Assembly: GCA_045535095.1 (NCBI GenBank)
Contig: JAZSKY010000054.1
Location: forward strand, 541 to 64,540
DNA from: Eubacteriales bacterium
GTDB taxonomy: Bacteria > Bacillota > Clostridia > Oscillospirales > CAG-272
Length of the DNA stretch: 64,000 nucleotides
Reading direction: 5' to 3'
Positions 18,267-27,706 of this stretch are shown in pieces; positions within the stretch are counted from its first letter, which is position 1; the number at the start of each line of letters is the position of its first letter. A program made the translations under genes and the position numbers. Under the pieces are notes generated by a model that searched no databases, was not told where the DNA came from, and saw only the letters and a list, made by a program, of their open reading frames with translations.

Positions 18267-19342
18267 TAATAGCTTGTAACTCCGTTTATGCCCTCGTAAA
18301 GGCAAGGAAGTATCTCGTTACCGCTTTTATCGATAACGCCGAATTTGGAGTCCTTTATTACGATAACGTATCCGTCCGACGAGAAGTCAAAGCCTGCCGC
18401 CTGCTCCGAATAGAGAAGCTCGTATTTAGGCTCAATGACGTAAGCGCCGCTCTTGTCGATATATCCGACCTTGTTTGATTCAAATGCAAGTGCGAGTCCG
18501 TTACTGAACGATCCGACGTAGGTGTATTTACATTCTATCGCGATATTTCCGCTCTTATCTATAAATCCGAAAAGATTGTTTTCGTTTGCAAAACGGGAAA
18601 GTCCCTCATAGAAATCGTCAGAGCTGTATTCCGAGGACGCAAACATAATCGCGCCCTTTGTGTCAATATAGCAAAGGCTTTCCTGAATTACTACTCTTGC
18701 AATTCCGCCAACGAAAATTCCTGCCTCCTCATAAACGAAATCGAGCGCGGTCTTTCCTTTTTTATTTATATATCCGTAATGACCGTCAGACGATTCCTTC
18801 ACGCAGGCAAGCCCGTCTCTGAAGGGGGATGCGGCAACGTACTTTGCGTCGATCACCACCCTGCCCTTTTTGTTTATATATCCGTAGTTTCCGCCCTCCT
18901 CGTGCTGAATGCAGGCAAGTCCCTCGGAGAAATCCGCGCCGTAATTAAACTCAGAATCGGTGATGAATTCGCCATTTTTGTCGATATATCTGTACTTATC
19001 GTTTACTACAACGCAGGCGATATCCTCAACAAAGGCGCTGGCATCGTCAAAGGCAAAGTCGATAACGACCTCTCCGTCTGAATTGATGAAGCCGTATTTT
19101 TCACCGACTGCAACGGCGGCAAGTCCGCACGAAAAGACGTGTGCATCATCGTAAACGGCCTTTATCTGAAGTCTGCCATCCTTGTCGGCATATCCCCATT
19201 TTCCGTCGAGCTTGACCGAAACGAGTCCCTCGCCGAAGAGGACGTTTGCGCCCGATTCGTCACTGCTCGAGCAAGCGCTCATAAAGGGAATGCAAACGGC
19301 AAGCGCGAGAATAAAGCAAATTATTTTTTTGAAATTAAGCAT
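18266..19342 (-). CDS. WG-repeat (KWG) lipoprotein
   Basis: Lipobox FMSAC. About 9 repeats of the x(Y/W/F)G(Y/F)I(D/N)KxG type: KWGYADKDG, KYGFINSDG, NYGYINKKG, KVGYIDKSG and so on. Confidence 0.75.
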   Translation of the reverse strand: MLNFKKIICFILALAVCIPFMSACSSSDESGANVLFGEGLVSVKLDGKWGYADKDGRLQIKAVYDDAHVFSCGLAAVAVGEKYGFINSDGEVVIDFAFDDASAFVEDIACVVVNDKYRYIDKNGEFITDSEFNYGADFSEGLACIQHEEGGNYGYINKKGRVVIDAKYVAASPFRDGLACVKESSDGHYGYINKKGKTALDFVYEEAGIFVGGIARVVIQESLCYIDTKGAIMFASSEYSSDDFYEGLSRFANENNLFGFIDKSGNIAIECKYTYVGSFSNGLALAFESNKVGYIDKSGAYVIEPKYELLYSEQAAGFDFSSDGYVIVIKDSKFGVIDKSGNEILPCLYEGINGVTSY

Positions 19343-19356
19343 TGCAAGGTTTCCTT

Positions 19357-19884
19357 TTAGTTCACTTTTATAACGTAATTTTCCTTACGCGGACGCACCG
19401 CAGGCATATCGCCCTCTCTGTATCCGAGCACGCAGTTGCCAACACCGACATAGTTTTCAGAAAGTCCCCACTCGCGCATAAGAGCCTTTCCCTCCTCCGA
19501 GGAAAACATCTCTCTTGCTCTGTGTATCCAGCACGATCCGACCCCGATAGCGTGCGCGGCGTTCATAAGATTGCCCATAACGAGGCAGGCATCCTCAAAG
19601 CCTGTGCTGACGCTCATATCGGCAAAAACAACGACTACGCAGGGCGCACTGTAAAAGGGATCGGACTCGGAGCCGAGAATTTCCGCGTTCATTTTCGAGA
19701 GCTTTTTGACTGTATCTCTGTCGCGGATAGCTACCATCACGGGCGACTGTCTGTTTCTGCCCGTAGGCGCGTACTTGCCTGACTCTAAAATAGTGTCAAG
19801 CTCCTCGTCGCTTATCTGCTTATCTATATACTTTTTGATGCTTCTACGACTCTGCAGTGAGTCAATTACGCTGTTTTTTATCAT
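19357..19884 (-). CDS. nitroreductase family protein
   Basis: RRSIKKY near the N-terminus plus a typical NfsB/FRP-like fold sequence. Start taken at MIKNSVIDS (19884), so there is no overlap with murI. Confidence 0.85.
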   Translation of the reverse strand: MIKNSVIDSLQSRRSIKKYIDKQISDEELDTILESGKYAPTGRNRQSPVMVAIRDRDTVKKLSKMNAEILGSESDPFYSAPCVVVVFADMSVSTGFEDACLVMGNLMNAAHAIGVGSCWIHRAREMFSSEEGKALMREWGLSENYVGVGNCVLGYREGDMPAVRPRKENYVIKVN

Positions 19885-19897
19885 TTTTTCTCCAAAA

Positions 19898-20674
19898 TCA
19901 AAGAAATTTTCTCGCGCGCGAGTCAAAGGACTCGTCCAGCGCGCTATTTATGATCTTTATTTCTCCTATCTCCGAGGAGTCTGACAAAAGGTTTTCCTCG
20001 AGGAGTCTGCGCTTTGTCTGAACGGCTGTGCCGAGTCCTCCGTCGAAGATCCTTGCGTCCTCAAAAAACTCGGAAATGATGCCCTCTACAAGCGGATAGT
20101 GAGTGCAACCGAGAACGATAGAGTCAACCCTTTTATCCTTGACAGAGGAGAAAAGATCGCAAAGAAGCGCTCTTATCTCACCGTCCGGTGCGCCCGACTC
20201 GATCTTTGAGGCAAGTCCCTCGCAGGGGAGCGGTATGATCTCGGCATTCGGATTATATTTTGCCGCAAGCGCGGTGAATTTTTCCTGCGAAAGGGTGAGC
20301 GGTGTTGCCATAACGAGCACCGAGGGATTTTCCCTGCCACTGCAATTCACTGCAGGCTTTACCGCAGGCTCAATGCCGATTATCGGCATAGACGAAAATA
20401 TCTCCCTGCACCTCGACGCCGCCGCGCCCGTCGCCGTATTACACGCGATAACTACCGCCTTTACCGAATACTTTTCAGTAAGCATTTCGATATTTTTGAC
20501 AGTCAGATCGCGTATTTCGTCTGTCGTTTTTGATCCGTACGGAGCGTTTTTCGTGTCTCCGAAATACACGAAATCCTCGGAGGGCATCTCGCGTACCAGA
20601 TGACGAAGCACGCTCACTCCGCCAAGACCTGAGTCAATGACCGCTATCGGTCTTTTCTCTTTTTTGCTGCTCAC
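19898..20674 (-). CDS. murI: glutamate racemase
   Basis: IAVIDSGLGGVSVL, the two catalytic Cys contexts ACNTA and GCTHYP. Confidence 0.93.
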   Translation of the reverse strand: MSSKKEKRPIAVIDSGLGGVSVLRHLVREMPSEDFVYFGDTKNAPYGSKTTDEIRDLTVKNIEMLTEKYSVKAVVIACNTATGAAASRCREIFSSMPIIGIEPAVKPAVNCSGRENPSVLVMATPLTLSQEKFTALAAKYNPNAEIIPLPCEGLASKIESGAPDGEIRALLCDLFSSVKDKRVDSIVLGCTHYPLVEGIISEFFEDARIFDGGLGTAVQTKRRLLEENLLSDSSEIGEIKIINSALDESFDSRARKFL

Positions 20675-20695
20675 AATATTTACCGTCCTGTAAAT

Positions 20696-23188
20696 TTACT
20701 GACCCTTTATCGCCACAACCTCAAGGTTATCTATCGAGCCTGTTCCGCTTGCAAGGCGCATTCCAACCGCACCTGTGAGGTAGGGATCGGGATCGGTATA
20801 GTCGATAACGAGTGTTCCGCCGATATAGACCTGAATGTTTGCACCGTTGCAAACGATGCCAACCTTAAGCTTCTTTACGCCCTCGGTGTTTATGCGCCCG
20901 CTCACAAGATCTGTGGTCGAGTAGTTACACTTTTCAAGTGTTACCTTGTTGTTTTCAAAGTGCAGATAATATCCCTGCAGCCAGTCAACAGCCTCCGACG
21001 AGCCTTCTACCGTAGGCTTTGTCGAATAGTCAGTACCGTCAACGAATTTGCCGTTTTCTGCCGCGTTCTTCGTTCTGAAAAGAAGTCCGAAATCGATAGT
21101 ATCGCTGAGATATACCTCGCACTCTAAGGTGTAGTCAGACCACGCCTCGTTTCCGTAGAGTCTCTTTCCTATCGAGCGGGCTCTGAGTCTGCCGCCTGCG
21201 CATTCCCAGTTTACACCGTCAGTATAGATAAATCCTTCCTTGATGTCGGTATCAAAGTTGAGGTTCATATCCTGAAGCTCGGTGTAAAGTACGGTGTAGG
21301 ACTTGATATCAGCCTTGCCCGAACGAGCGTAAACCGTAATAACGTTTTCGCCCTCCGAAAGAGCAAGCTTCTTTGCCGACGATGCGGTAGCGTAGTCGGT
21401 CTTGCCACCCTTGAGAGTAACGGTATCTGCAAGATTTCCGTTTACGTAAATATCAAGCACGGTTTCCTCGTCAGCGCGATATTTCACGCCAAAGGTATAA
21501 AGTCCTTCCTTCTCGGCATATACGAGGTAGTTGTAGGACTCGTCTGCCTTTGCGACAAGGTAGCTGCTATTATCGGACACGTCGTATCCGCGCTCTACTG
21601 CGTCCTTCTCGGTGCAGAGAGTTGCGTTTATAACGCCGCTATCGTCACCTACGGGCTTGTAGTAGTCGCAGTTACTGCTTCCGCCTACCTCGTCAGATGC
21701 GCCAAGATATCCGAACGATGCGCTTCCGCTCTCGCAGATAAGACCGAGCTTCGTTCCGGCAAGAGTGCTTTCGTACTTGCAAAGCTCTCTGTCGTTAACG
21801 TAGAAGGTGAAGGTGCTTCCCTTCTTTTCTATCTGAATGGTCTGGGTTGCGCTGAAATCGTACGCCTCGTTGAAGCTGCGGACGAGTGCCTTCGTATAAG
21901 TGGTTGCCTTTCCGTTTTCCACGAAGGTAACAACGAGCATCTCGCTTGTGCTGTTAAATACCGCGCTCGCATAGTTGTTTTCGTCGCTGTACGCGAAAAT
22001 CGCGCCTGCTTTTGCACCCGCAGACATATCCGCGGTGGTTACCTCGATAGTGTATTTATCGCCCGAAAGCGCGTTTTTAGTGATGAGCTTTCCTCCCGCG
22101 TTAAGCTTAACCTTTCCGTCCGAGAGGACTGCCCCTGCAACGTTTTCAAAGATCGCCGCGTCAGAGGGCTCGTCAAAAAATGCGTAAATATCGGGCATTT
22201 CGGGGATATGCTGATCTCCTGCGGTCGGTCCGAAAACGTCCATAGTAGTTCCGTCAAAGACGATTCTGTCTATGGCAAGTCTTCTTCCGCCGGACGGCAA
22301 ATAGCAGTGGTATGCTATATAATATGCGTCAAGGTTAGGTGCCTTGACCGTAGAGCTATGTCCTGTTGCAACGATCTCTCCGCTTGTGTTAAGGAGGAGA
22401 ATGTTATTTCCGTCAGGCTCGTTAAAGCGTGTCGGTACGGTGGTAGAAACACTGTACGGAACGCGGTACGCTGTGTTGTGAACGTGGTTGCCCGTGTAGG
22501 TCATAAAGTAGGTGCCGTCGTGGTAAACTACCATCGGACCCTCGGTCCATCTGCCGTACATCTGCGAAAGCGTAGCGATCTCGCTTCCGATGCTTGTGGA
22601 CGAGAGCATCTTATAAACCTTGATTCCCGATCCGCTTGCCGAGTAGAAGTACCACTGTCCGTCGTTATCGATGAAGATGCTTCCGTCAATCTTGCGGTTA
22701 TAGTTGCCTTCCATCTGCTTGAAGGGACCTGTCGGGCTGTCCGACACGAAGAATCTATGTCCGGTAGCTCCGGGAGCGGTTACCATGATGAACTTTCCGT
22801 TATAGTAGGTGACCTCGGGAGCGTAAGCGCCCATCGCGTCACAGTAAACGTCATTCTCGTTGACGCCCGAGGGAATCTCGGACATCGGAACGCACTCGAT
22901 CTTTTCAGACCAGTTTACAAGGTCCTCGGAAACGTAAACGTACCAGGGCTTGTTACTGCTTTGGCTCGGATAGAGGTAATACTTTCCGTCATAGCGCATA
23001 ATGAAGGGGTCACCGATCATCTCTCCGTCGAGATCTATGTAGTTAGAGAAGGTCTCCCTCTCCTCTTTTGTAAGATCGAAGATCGGTCCTTTCGGGCTTG
23101 CGGGCAAAGCGATCTCGTCCTTCTTGCATGCAAAGAGCATGGGAAGGATGAAAATCATAGCAAGCACAAAGCAAAGTATTCTTTTCAT
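20696..23188 (-). CDS. lipoprotein: GH43 glycoside hydrolase + CBM6/35-like module + C-terminal LamG/DUF1080-like domain (paralog A)
   Basis: Lipobox LFAC. GH43 propeller motifs are DPFIMRYDGKYYLY, YAPEVTYYNGKF, IDGSIFIDNDG and WTEGPMVVYHDGTYFM. The middle has YAEKEGLYTFGVKYRADEETVLDIYVNG (CBM-like). The C-terminus has GLLFRT...GYYLHF (concanavalin-like). Confidence 0.8.
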   Translation of the reverse strand: MKRILCFVLAMIFILPMLFACKKDEIALPASPKGPIFDLTKEERETFSNYIDLDGEMIGDPFIMRYDGKYYLYPSQSSNKPWYVYVSEDLVNWSEKIECVPMSEIPSGVNENDVYCDAMGAYAPEVTYYNGKFIMVTAPGATGHRFFVSDSPTGPFKQMEGNYNRKIDGSIFIDNDGQWYFYSASGSGIKVYKMLSSTSIGSEIATLSQMYGRWTEGPMVVYHDGTYFMTYTGNHVHNTAYRVPYSVSTTVPTRFNEPDGNNILLLNTSGEIVATGHSSTVKAPNLDAYYIAYHCYLPSGGRRLAIDRIVFDGTTMDVFGPTAGDQHIPEMPDIYAFFDEPSDAAIFENVAGAVLSDGKVKLNAGGKLITKNALSGDKYTIEVTTADMSAGAKAGAIFAYSDENNYASAVFNSTSEMLVVTFVENGKATTYTKALVRSFNEAYDFSATQTIQIEKKGSTFTFYVNDRELCKYESTLAGTKLGLICESGSASFGYLGASDEVGGSSNCDYYKPVGDDSGVINATLCTEKDAVERGYDVSDNSSYLVAKADESYNYLVYAEKEGLYTFGVKYRADEETVLDIYVNGNLADTVTLKGGKTDYATASSAKKLALSEGENVITVYARSGKADIKSYTVLYTELQDMNLNFDTDIKEGFIYTDGVNWECAGGRLRARSIGKRLYGNEAWSDYTLECEVYLSDTIDFGLLFRTKNAAENGKFVDGTDYSTKPTVEGSSEAVDWLQGYYLHFENNKVTLEKCNYSTTDLVSGRINTEGVKKLKVGIVCNGANIQVYIGGTLVIDYTDPDPYLTGAVGMRLASGTGSIDNLEVVAIKGQ

Positions 23189-23223
23189 AATTTTCTCCTT
23201 GTTGGTCCGGTATATTGCAGTTA

Positions 23224-25710
23224 TCAGTCGGCCTTGTATGCCGTAACCTTCATATTGTCAAAGAAAGCGGTTCCGTCTGCAAAACGTACTCCGACCGCTC
23301 CCGTAAGGTAGGGATCGGGATCGGTATAGTCGATAACGAGGGTGCTTCCAACGTAAACCTGAATGTTTGCGCCAACGCAGACGACCGTAAGCTTCAGCTT
23401 TGCAGTATCGGTGCTTATGCGCTGTGATGCAAGCTCCGTTGTCGAGAAGTTGCACTTTTCAAGCGTCACCTTGTTATTTGTAATATGCAGATAATATCCC
23501 TGCATCCAGTTTGCGCCGCGGGTCGAGTCATCTATCGTCGGAGTGGATCCGAATCCGCTTCCACTCTTAAAGAGCGCGCTGTCTGCCGCGTTTCTCGTTC
23601 TGAACAGAAGTCCCATATCAACGTTCGCGCTGAGAGTGATCTCACACTCGAAAGCATAGTCCGACCAGGTCTCGCTTCCGTAAAGTCTCTTTCCTATCGA
23701 GCGGCATCTGAGTCTCTCGCTCGCATGCTCCCAGCTAACGCCGTCAGAGTATATGAGATTTGTTTTGATGTCGTCTGTGAAATCAAGATTCATCTCGGCG
23801 TCTTCGGTATAGAGAACATTGTACGATTTAATATCCGCACTACCCGAGCGAACGTAAACGGTGATAACGTTTTCACCCTCGGCAAGAGAAAGCTTTTTCA
23901 GAGCGCACTCCGTTCTATAAGCCGCGCCGTTGGCTATAAGAGTTACCGTATCTGCGAGATTTCCGTTTACGTAAATATCAAGCACGGTTTCCTCGTCAGC
24001 GCGATATTTCACGCCGAAGGTATAAAGTCCTTCCTTCTCGGCATATACGCGGTAGTTGAACGATTCGTCAGCTTTTGCTACAACGTAGCTGCTCTTATCT
24101 ATGTCGCTTCCCGTCTCAATAGCGCCGTTTTCGGTGCAGAGTGTTGCGCCGATAAGTCCGCTATCCTCGCCGACAGGCTTGTAATACTCGCCGTTGCTGC
24201 TTCCGCCTACCTCGTCAGATGCGCCAAGGTATCCGAACGATGCGCTTCCGCTCTCGCAGGTAAGACCGAGCTTCGTTCCCGAAAGGTTGCTTTCATACTT
24301 GCAAAGTTCTCTGTCGTTAACGTAGAAGGTGAAGGTGCTTCCCTTCTTTTCTATCTGAATGGTCTGGGTTGCGCTGAAATCGTACGCTTCGCCAAAGCTT
24401 CTGACAAGAGCCTTCTTGTAGACGGTCTTTGATCCGTCTTTAACGAAGGTAACAACGAGAAGCTCCTGCGCGCTATCGAAAACCGCACTTGCGTAGTTGT
24501 TTTCGTCGCTATACGCGAAAACTGCGCCTGCCTTTGCGCCTGCCGACATATCCGCGGTGGTTATCTCGATGGTGTATCTGTCGCCCGAAAGAGCGTTTTT
24601 GGTGATAAGCCTTGTGCCTGCGCTAAGGTTCACTCTGCCGCCCGAAAGGGTTGCTCCCGACACGTTTTCAAAGATTGCCGCATCGGAGGAATTGTCAAAA
24701 AACGAGTAAATGTCAGGCATTTCAGGGATATGCTGATCGCCCTGCGTCGGTCCGAAAACGTCCATAGTTTTACCGTCGAAAACGATTCTGTCTATGTTGA
24801 GAGTTCGTCCGCCCTTTTCCCTGTACGAATGGTAAACGATGTAATATGCGTCAAGGTTAGGCGCTTTTACAGTCGAGCTGTGACCTGTCGCGGTTATTTC
24901 TCCGCTTGTATTGACAAGCAGGATATTGTTGCCCTCGGGCAGATCGAATTTAAGCGGAGAGACGGTGGATACGCTATACGGAATACGGTACGCGATATTG
25001 CGGACGTGATTTCCCGTGTAAGTCATATAGTAAATACCGTCGTGATAAACCACCATCGGACCCTCGGTCCAGTTTTTGTTTATCTGCGAAAGCGTTCCGA
25101 TCTCGCTTCCTATGCTTGTTGACGTGGGCATCTCGTAAACCTTGATTCCCGATCCGCTTGCCGAGTAGAAGTACCACTTTCCGTCGTTATCAACGAAAAT
25201 GCTTCCGTCTATCTTACGGTTAAAGTTGCCTTCCATCTGCTTGAAGGGACCTGTCGGGCTATCCGAGTCGAAGAATCTATGTCCGGTAGCACCGGGAGCG
25301 GTTACCATAACGAATTTGCCGTTATAGTACGTAACCTCAGGCGCGTAAGCAGGGAGAGCATCGCAGTAGGCTCCCGACTCGTGCGTACCCGAGGGTATCT
25401 GGTCGAGCGAAACACACTCGATCTTCTCAGACCAGTTTACAAGATCCTCGGAAACGTAAACGTACCAGGGCTTGTTGCTCTGTGCGCTCGGATACAGATA
25501 GTATTTTCCGTCATAACGCATAACGAAGGGGTCTCCGATAGACGCGCCGTCAAGGTCTATATTATTTGAAAAGGTTTCTCTTTCCTCAGACGTAAGATCA
25601 AAGATAGGTCCTTTCATTGGTATTACCCCTTTCTCCTCCGGCTTTTTGCAAGAAAAAAGCATCGGAAGCATAAGTGCCATAATAAGTACAAAGCAAATTG
25701 TTTTTTTCAT
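23224..25710 (-). CDS. lipoprotein: GH43 + CBM6/35-like + LamG/DUF1080-like (paralog B)
   Basis: Same architecture and motifs as 20696..23188, and collinear over the full length (828 vs 830 aa). Lipobox LFSC. Confidence 0.8.
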   Translation of the reverse strand: MKKTICFVLIMALMLPMLFSCKKPEEKGVIPMKGPIFDLTSEERETFSNNIDLDGASIGDPFVMRYDGKYYLYPSAQSNKPWYVYVSEDLVNWSEKIECVSLDQIPSGTHESGAYCDALPAYAPEVTYYNGKFVMVTAPGATGHRFFDSDSPTGPFKQMEGNFNRKIDGSIFVDNDGKWYFYSASGSGIKVYEMPTSTSIGSEIGTLSQINKNWTEGPMVVYHDGIYYMTYTGNHVRNIAYRIPYSVSTVSPLKFDLPEGNNILLVNTSGEITATGHSSTVKAPNLDAYYIVYHSYREKGGRTLNIDRIVFDGKTMDVFGPTQGDQHIPEMPDIYSFFDNSSDAAIFENVSGATLSGGRVNLSAGTRLITKNALSGDRYTIEITTADMSAGAKAGAVFAYSDENNYASAVFDSAQELLVVTFVKDGSKTVYKKALVRSFGEAYDFSATQTIQIEKKGSTFTFYVNDRELCKYESNLSGTKLGLTCESGSASFGYLGASDEVGGSSNGEYYKPVGEDSGLIGATLCTENGAIETGSDIDKSSYVVAKADESFNYRVYAEKEGLYTFGVKYRADEETVLDIYVNGNLADTVTLIANGAAYRTECALKKLSLAEGENVITVYVRSGSADIKSYNVLYTEDAEMNLDFTDDIKTNLIYSDGVSWEHASERLRCRSIGKRLYGSETWSDYAFECEITLSANVDMGLLFRTRNAADSALFKSGSGFGSTPTIDDSTRGANWMQGYYLHITNNKVTLEKCNFSTTELASQRISTDTAKLKLTVVCVGANIQVYVGSTLVIDYTDPDPYLTGAVGVRFADGTAFFDNMKVTAYKAD

Positions 25711-25779
25711 AGCTTTCTCCGGTTTTTAGTATGTGATCTATTATACCATAAATTCCGCTCTTTTTCAAGAGCAAACGTA

Positions 25780-26559
25780 TTAAAAAAATCTCTTTCGGTA
25801 GGCAGCAGGGGAAAGTCCCGTGTATTTTTTGAAAATTCTGCTGAAATAGCAGAAATCGGAAAATCCGCTACTCTCTGCAACCTCGGACACGCTCAGCCAT
25901 TCAAGAGCGAGAAGCTCCTTCGCGCGGTCAATTTTGAGATTTATAAAATAGCTTTGGGGTGAGGTTCCCATATATTTTGCAAACACCCGTCTGAAATACG
26001 CAGGGCTGAGTCCCGACATAGCTGCGATACTCGAAACGGTGACCTCACTATCCGACTTATGCTCTGCCATATATCTGCACGCGTTTTCTATTTTTTCTCT
26101 CATTTCGCTTCCGACGTACTCGGTCTGCGACTTTTTCACAAGCGCAAGATATATCTCGCAAAGGGAGGAAAGCGTTTCGGACAAATAGCCTCTGCTCTTT
26201 TTTCCCCACGCTTTTGCGGCGCGGAGAAAGAATTTCTCACATTCGGGAACCTTTCCGAAGATCTCGCTTGAAAAGGTCCTGCCGTCATCGTCAGACAGGA
26301 AATTTATCGCAATAAACGAATAGTTCTCGCTTTTTACGTTCATATCGTACCTTGAGTTCTTGGCGAGATAGAAAACGTCCCCCGTTTTTGCGGTGAAAGT
26401 CACATTATTCTCGAAAAAATAGTCACATTCACCCGAAATTATATATAAAAATCCGTGGCAAAGTCTCGGTGCGGACAGCGGGATCGTCCTTCTTGAAAGC
26501 TCGCCCTGCCACGCATTTTCTATTTTCGTTACTGTCAGCTCGTTTTGTAGGATACTCAC
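25780..26559 (-). CDS. AraC-family transcriptional regulator (cupin sensor + HTH)
   Basis: The C-terminal double HTH (SIAAMSGLSPAYFRRVFAKYMGTSP...VAESSGFSDFCYFSRIFKKYTGLSP) is classic AraC/XylS. Confidence 0.9.
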   Translation of the reverse strand: MSILQNELTVTKIENAWQGELSRRTIPLSAPRLCHGFLYIISGECDYFFENNVTFTAKTGDVFYLAKNSRYDMNVKSENYSFIAINFLSDDDGRTFSSEIFGKVPECEKFFLRAAKAWGKKSRGYLSETLSSLCEIYLALVKKSQTEYVGSEMREKIENACRYMAEHKSDSEVTVSSIAAMSGLSPAYFRRVFAKYMGTSPQSYFINLKIDRAKELLALEWLSVSEVAESSGFSDFCYFSRIFKKYTGLSPAAYRKRFF

Positions 26560-26716
26560 GAGAGTCCACCTCCTTTTCTTATATTATACGGCAAGGGGGA
26601 TAAAAAATCAATATACTTTTGATAAATTATAAGCGAAAAGTCCAAGTCGCTTGATATATCTATTTACTTTTTCCACTCTCGGTGCTATCATATTTTCAGA
26701 AAGGTGTGATTTTTCA

Positions 26717-27631
26717 GTGAAAAAAGGCTTCTTTGACGCATACAAAGAAAATGCGTCGCGCGAATATTTTACGGTATATGCCAAATACGCCGAGGGACTT
26801 GTATCGTCCGAGATCATAGACGCTCTGCACAAGGCGGAGAGCGGAGAGTCGGACTCGCCTATTATCACAATGGCGAAAAACGAAGCGTTTATACTTGAAA
26901 ACGCGAAGATTAGCGTAAATCCGCACGAGATGTTCTCGGGCGCACTTGACGCGCGCGAGCCATCGCAGTTCATTCGAGACGAGCGTCACAGAAAAAATAT
27001 GATTCCTCTTCGCCCTTACACGCCGCGCATCTTTATCGACGGATCAAACTCGCTCGCCTTTACGGCAGGACCCGACTTCGGTCACACCGCTTGTGACTAT
27101 GAGACGGCCGTCAAGGCGTTTGAGCGAGGCGCGAATTGTCTTACGCACACCTTCAACGCAATGCCACCTCTCCATCACAGAAATCCCGGACCTATCGGCG
27201 CGGCTATCGACAAGGGCGCATTCGTTCAGGTCATAACCGACGGATTCCACATTCACCCCTCGGTAGTGAAAATGCTCGACCGCACCTTCGGTCCCGACAG
27301 AATGATCATCATCAGCGATTCTATCGCGCCCGCAGGTCTTTCGGACGGCGAGTACGTAATAAACGGCAGACCGATAGTTATGAAAAACTCGCACGCCTAT
27401 CTCCCTGACGGCACGATCGCAGGAAGCGCGTCAACTCTTATGGAGTGCGTAAGGCAGGCAATTTCCTTTGGAATACCCAAAGAGGACGCCATCAAAATGG
27501 CATCTGAAACGCCCGCGAACTGCATCGGCGTAAAAAAAGGACGTATCGAAAAGGGATACGATGCCGACTTCATCGTTACAGACGGTGATCTGAACGTAAT
27601 TTCCACTATCGTTTGCGGCAAAAAGATATAA
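26717..27631 (+). CDS. nagA: truncated/chimeric NagA-like amidohydrolase: C-terminal ~190 aa of N-acetylglucosamine-6-phosphate deacetylase behind an unrelated N-terminus (probable pseudogene)
   Basis: From GHTACDYETA...THTFNAMPPLHHRNPGPIGAA...VITDGFHIHP...IISDS...AGS...GYDADF it matches the C-terminal half of NagA. The N-terminal beta-sandwich and the first metal ligands are absent. The first ~115 aa resemble no NagA region. GTG 26717 has an RBS; the track start is at 26651. Confidence 0.6.
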   Translation: MKKGFFDAYKENASREYFTVYAKYAEGLVSSEIIDALHKAESGESDSPIITMAKNEAFILENAKISVNPHEMFSGALDAREPSQFIRDERHRKNMIPLRPYTPRIFIDGSNSLAFTAGPDFGHTACDYETAVKAFERGANCLTHTFNAMPPLHHRNPGPIGAAIDKGAFVQVITDGFHIHPSVVKMLDRTFGPDRMIIISDSIAPAGLSDGEYVINGRPIVMKNSHAYLPDGTIAGSASTLMECVRQAISFGIPKEDAIKMASETPANCIGVKKGRIEKGYDADFIVTDGDLNVISTIVCGKKI

Positions 27632-27637
27632 AAAAAC

Positions 27638-27694
27638 ATACTCTGAGTATATTTTTCGTTTATCTTCGGAAAATATATTCAGAGTATTTTTTTA
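27638..27694 (+). terminator. rho-independent terminator after the nagA fragment
   Basis: 18-bp stem atactctgagtatatttt / aaaatatattcagagtat (1 mismatch) followed by T7. Confidence 0.65.
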
Positions 27695-27706
27695 GGCGGT
27701 GATATT

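Noticed and set aside
22208-24432. Plus-strand ORFs of 367 aa (22208..23311) and 315 aa (23485..24432).
   Set aside because: Antisense to the two GH43 genes. They have no RBS and no motifs, and they are duplicated only because the sense genes are duplicated.
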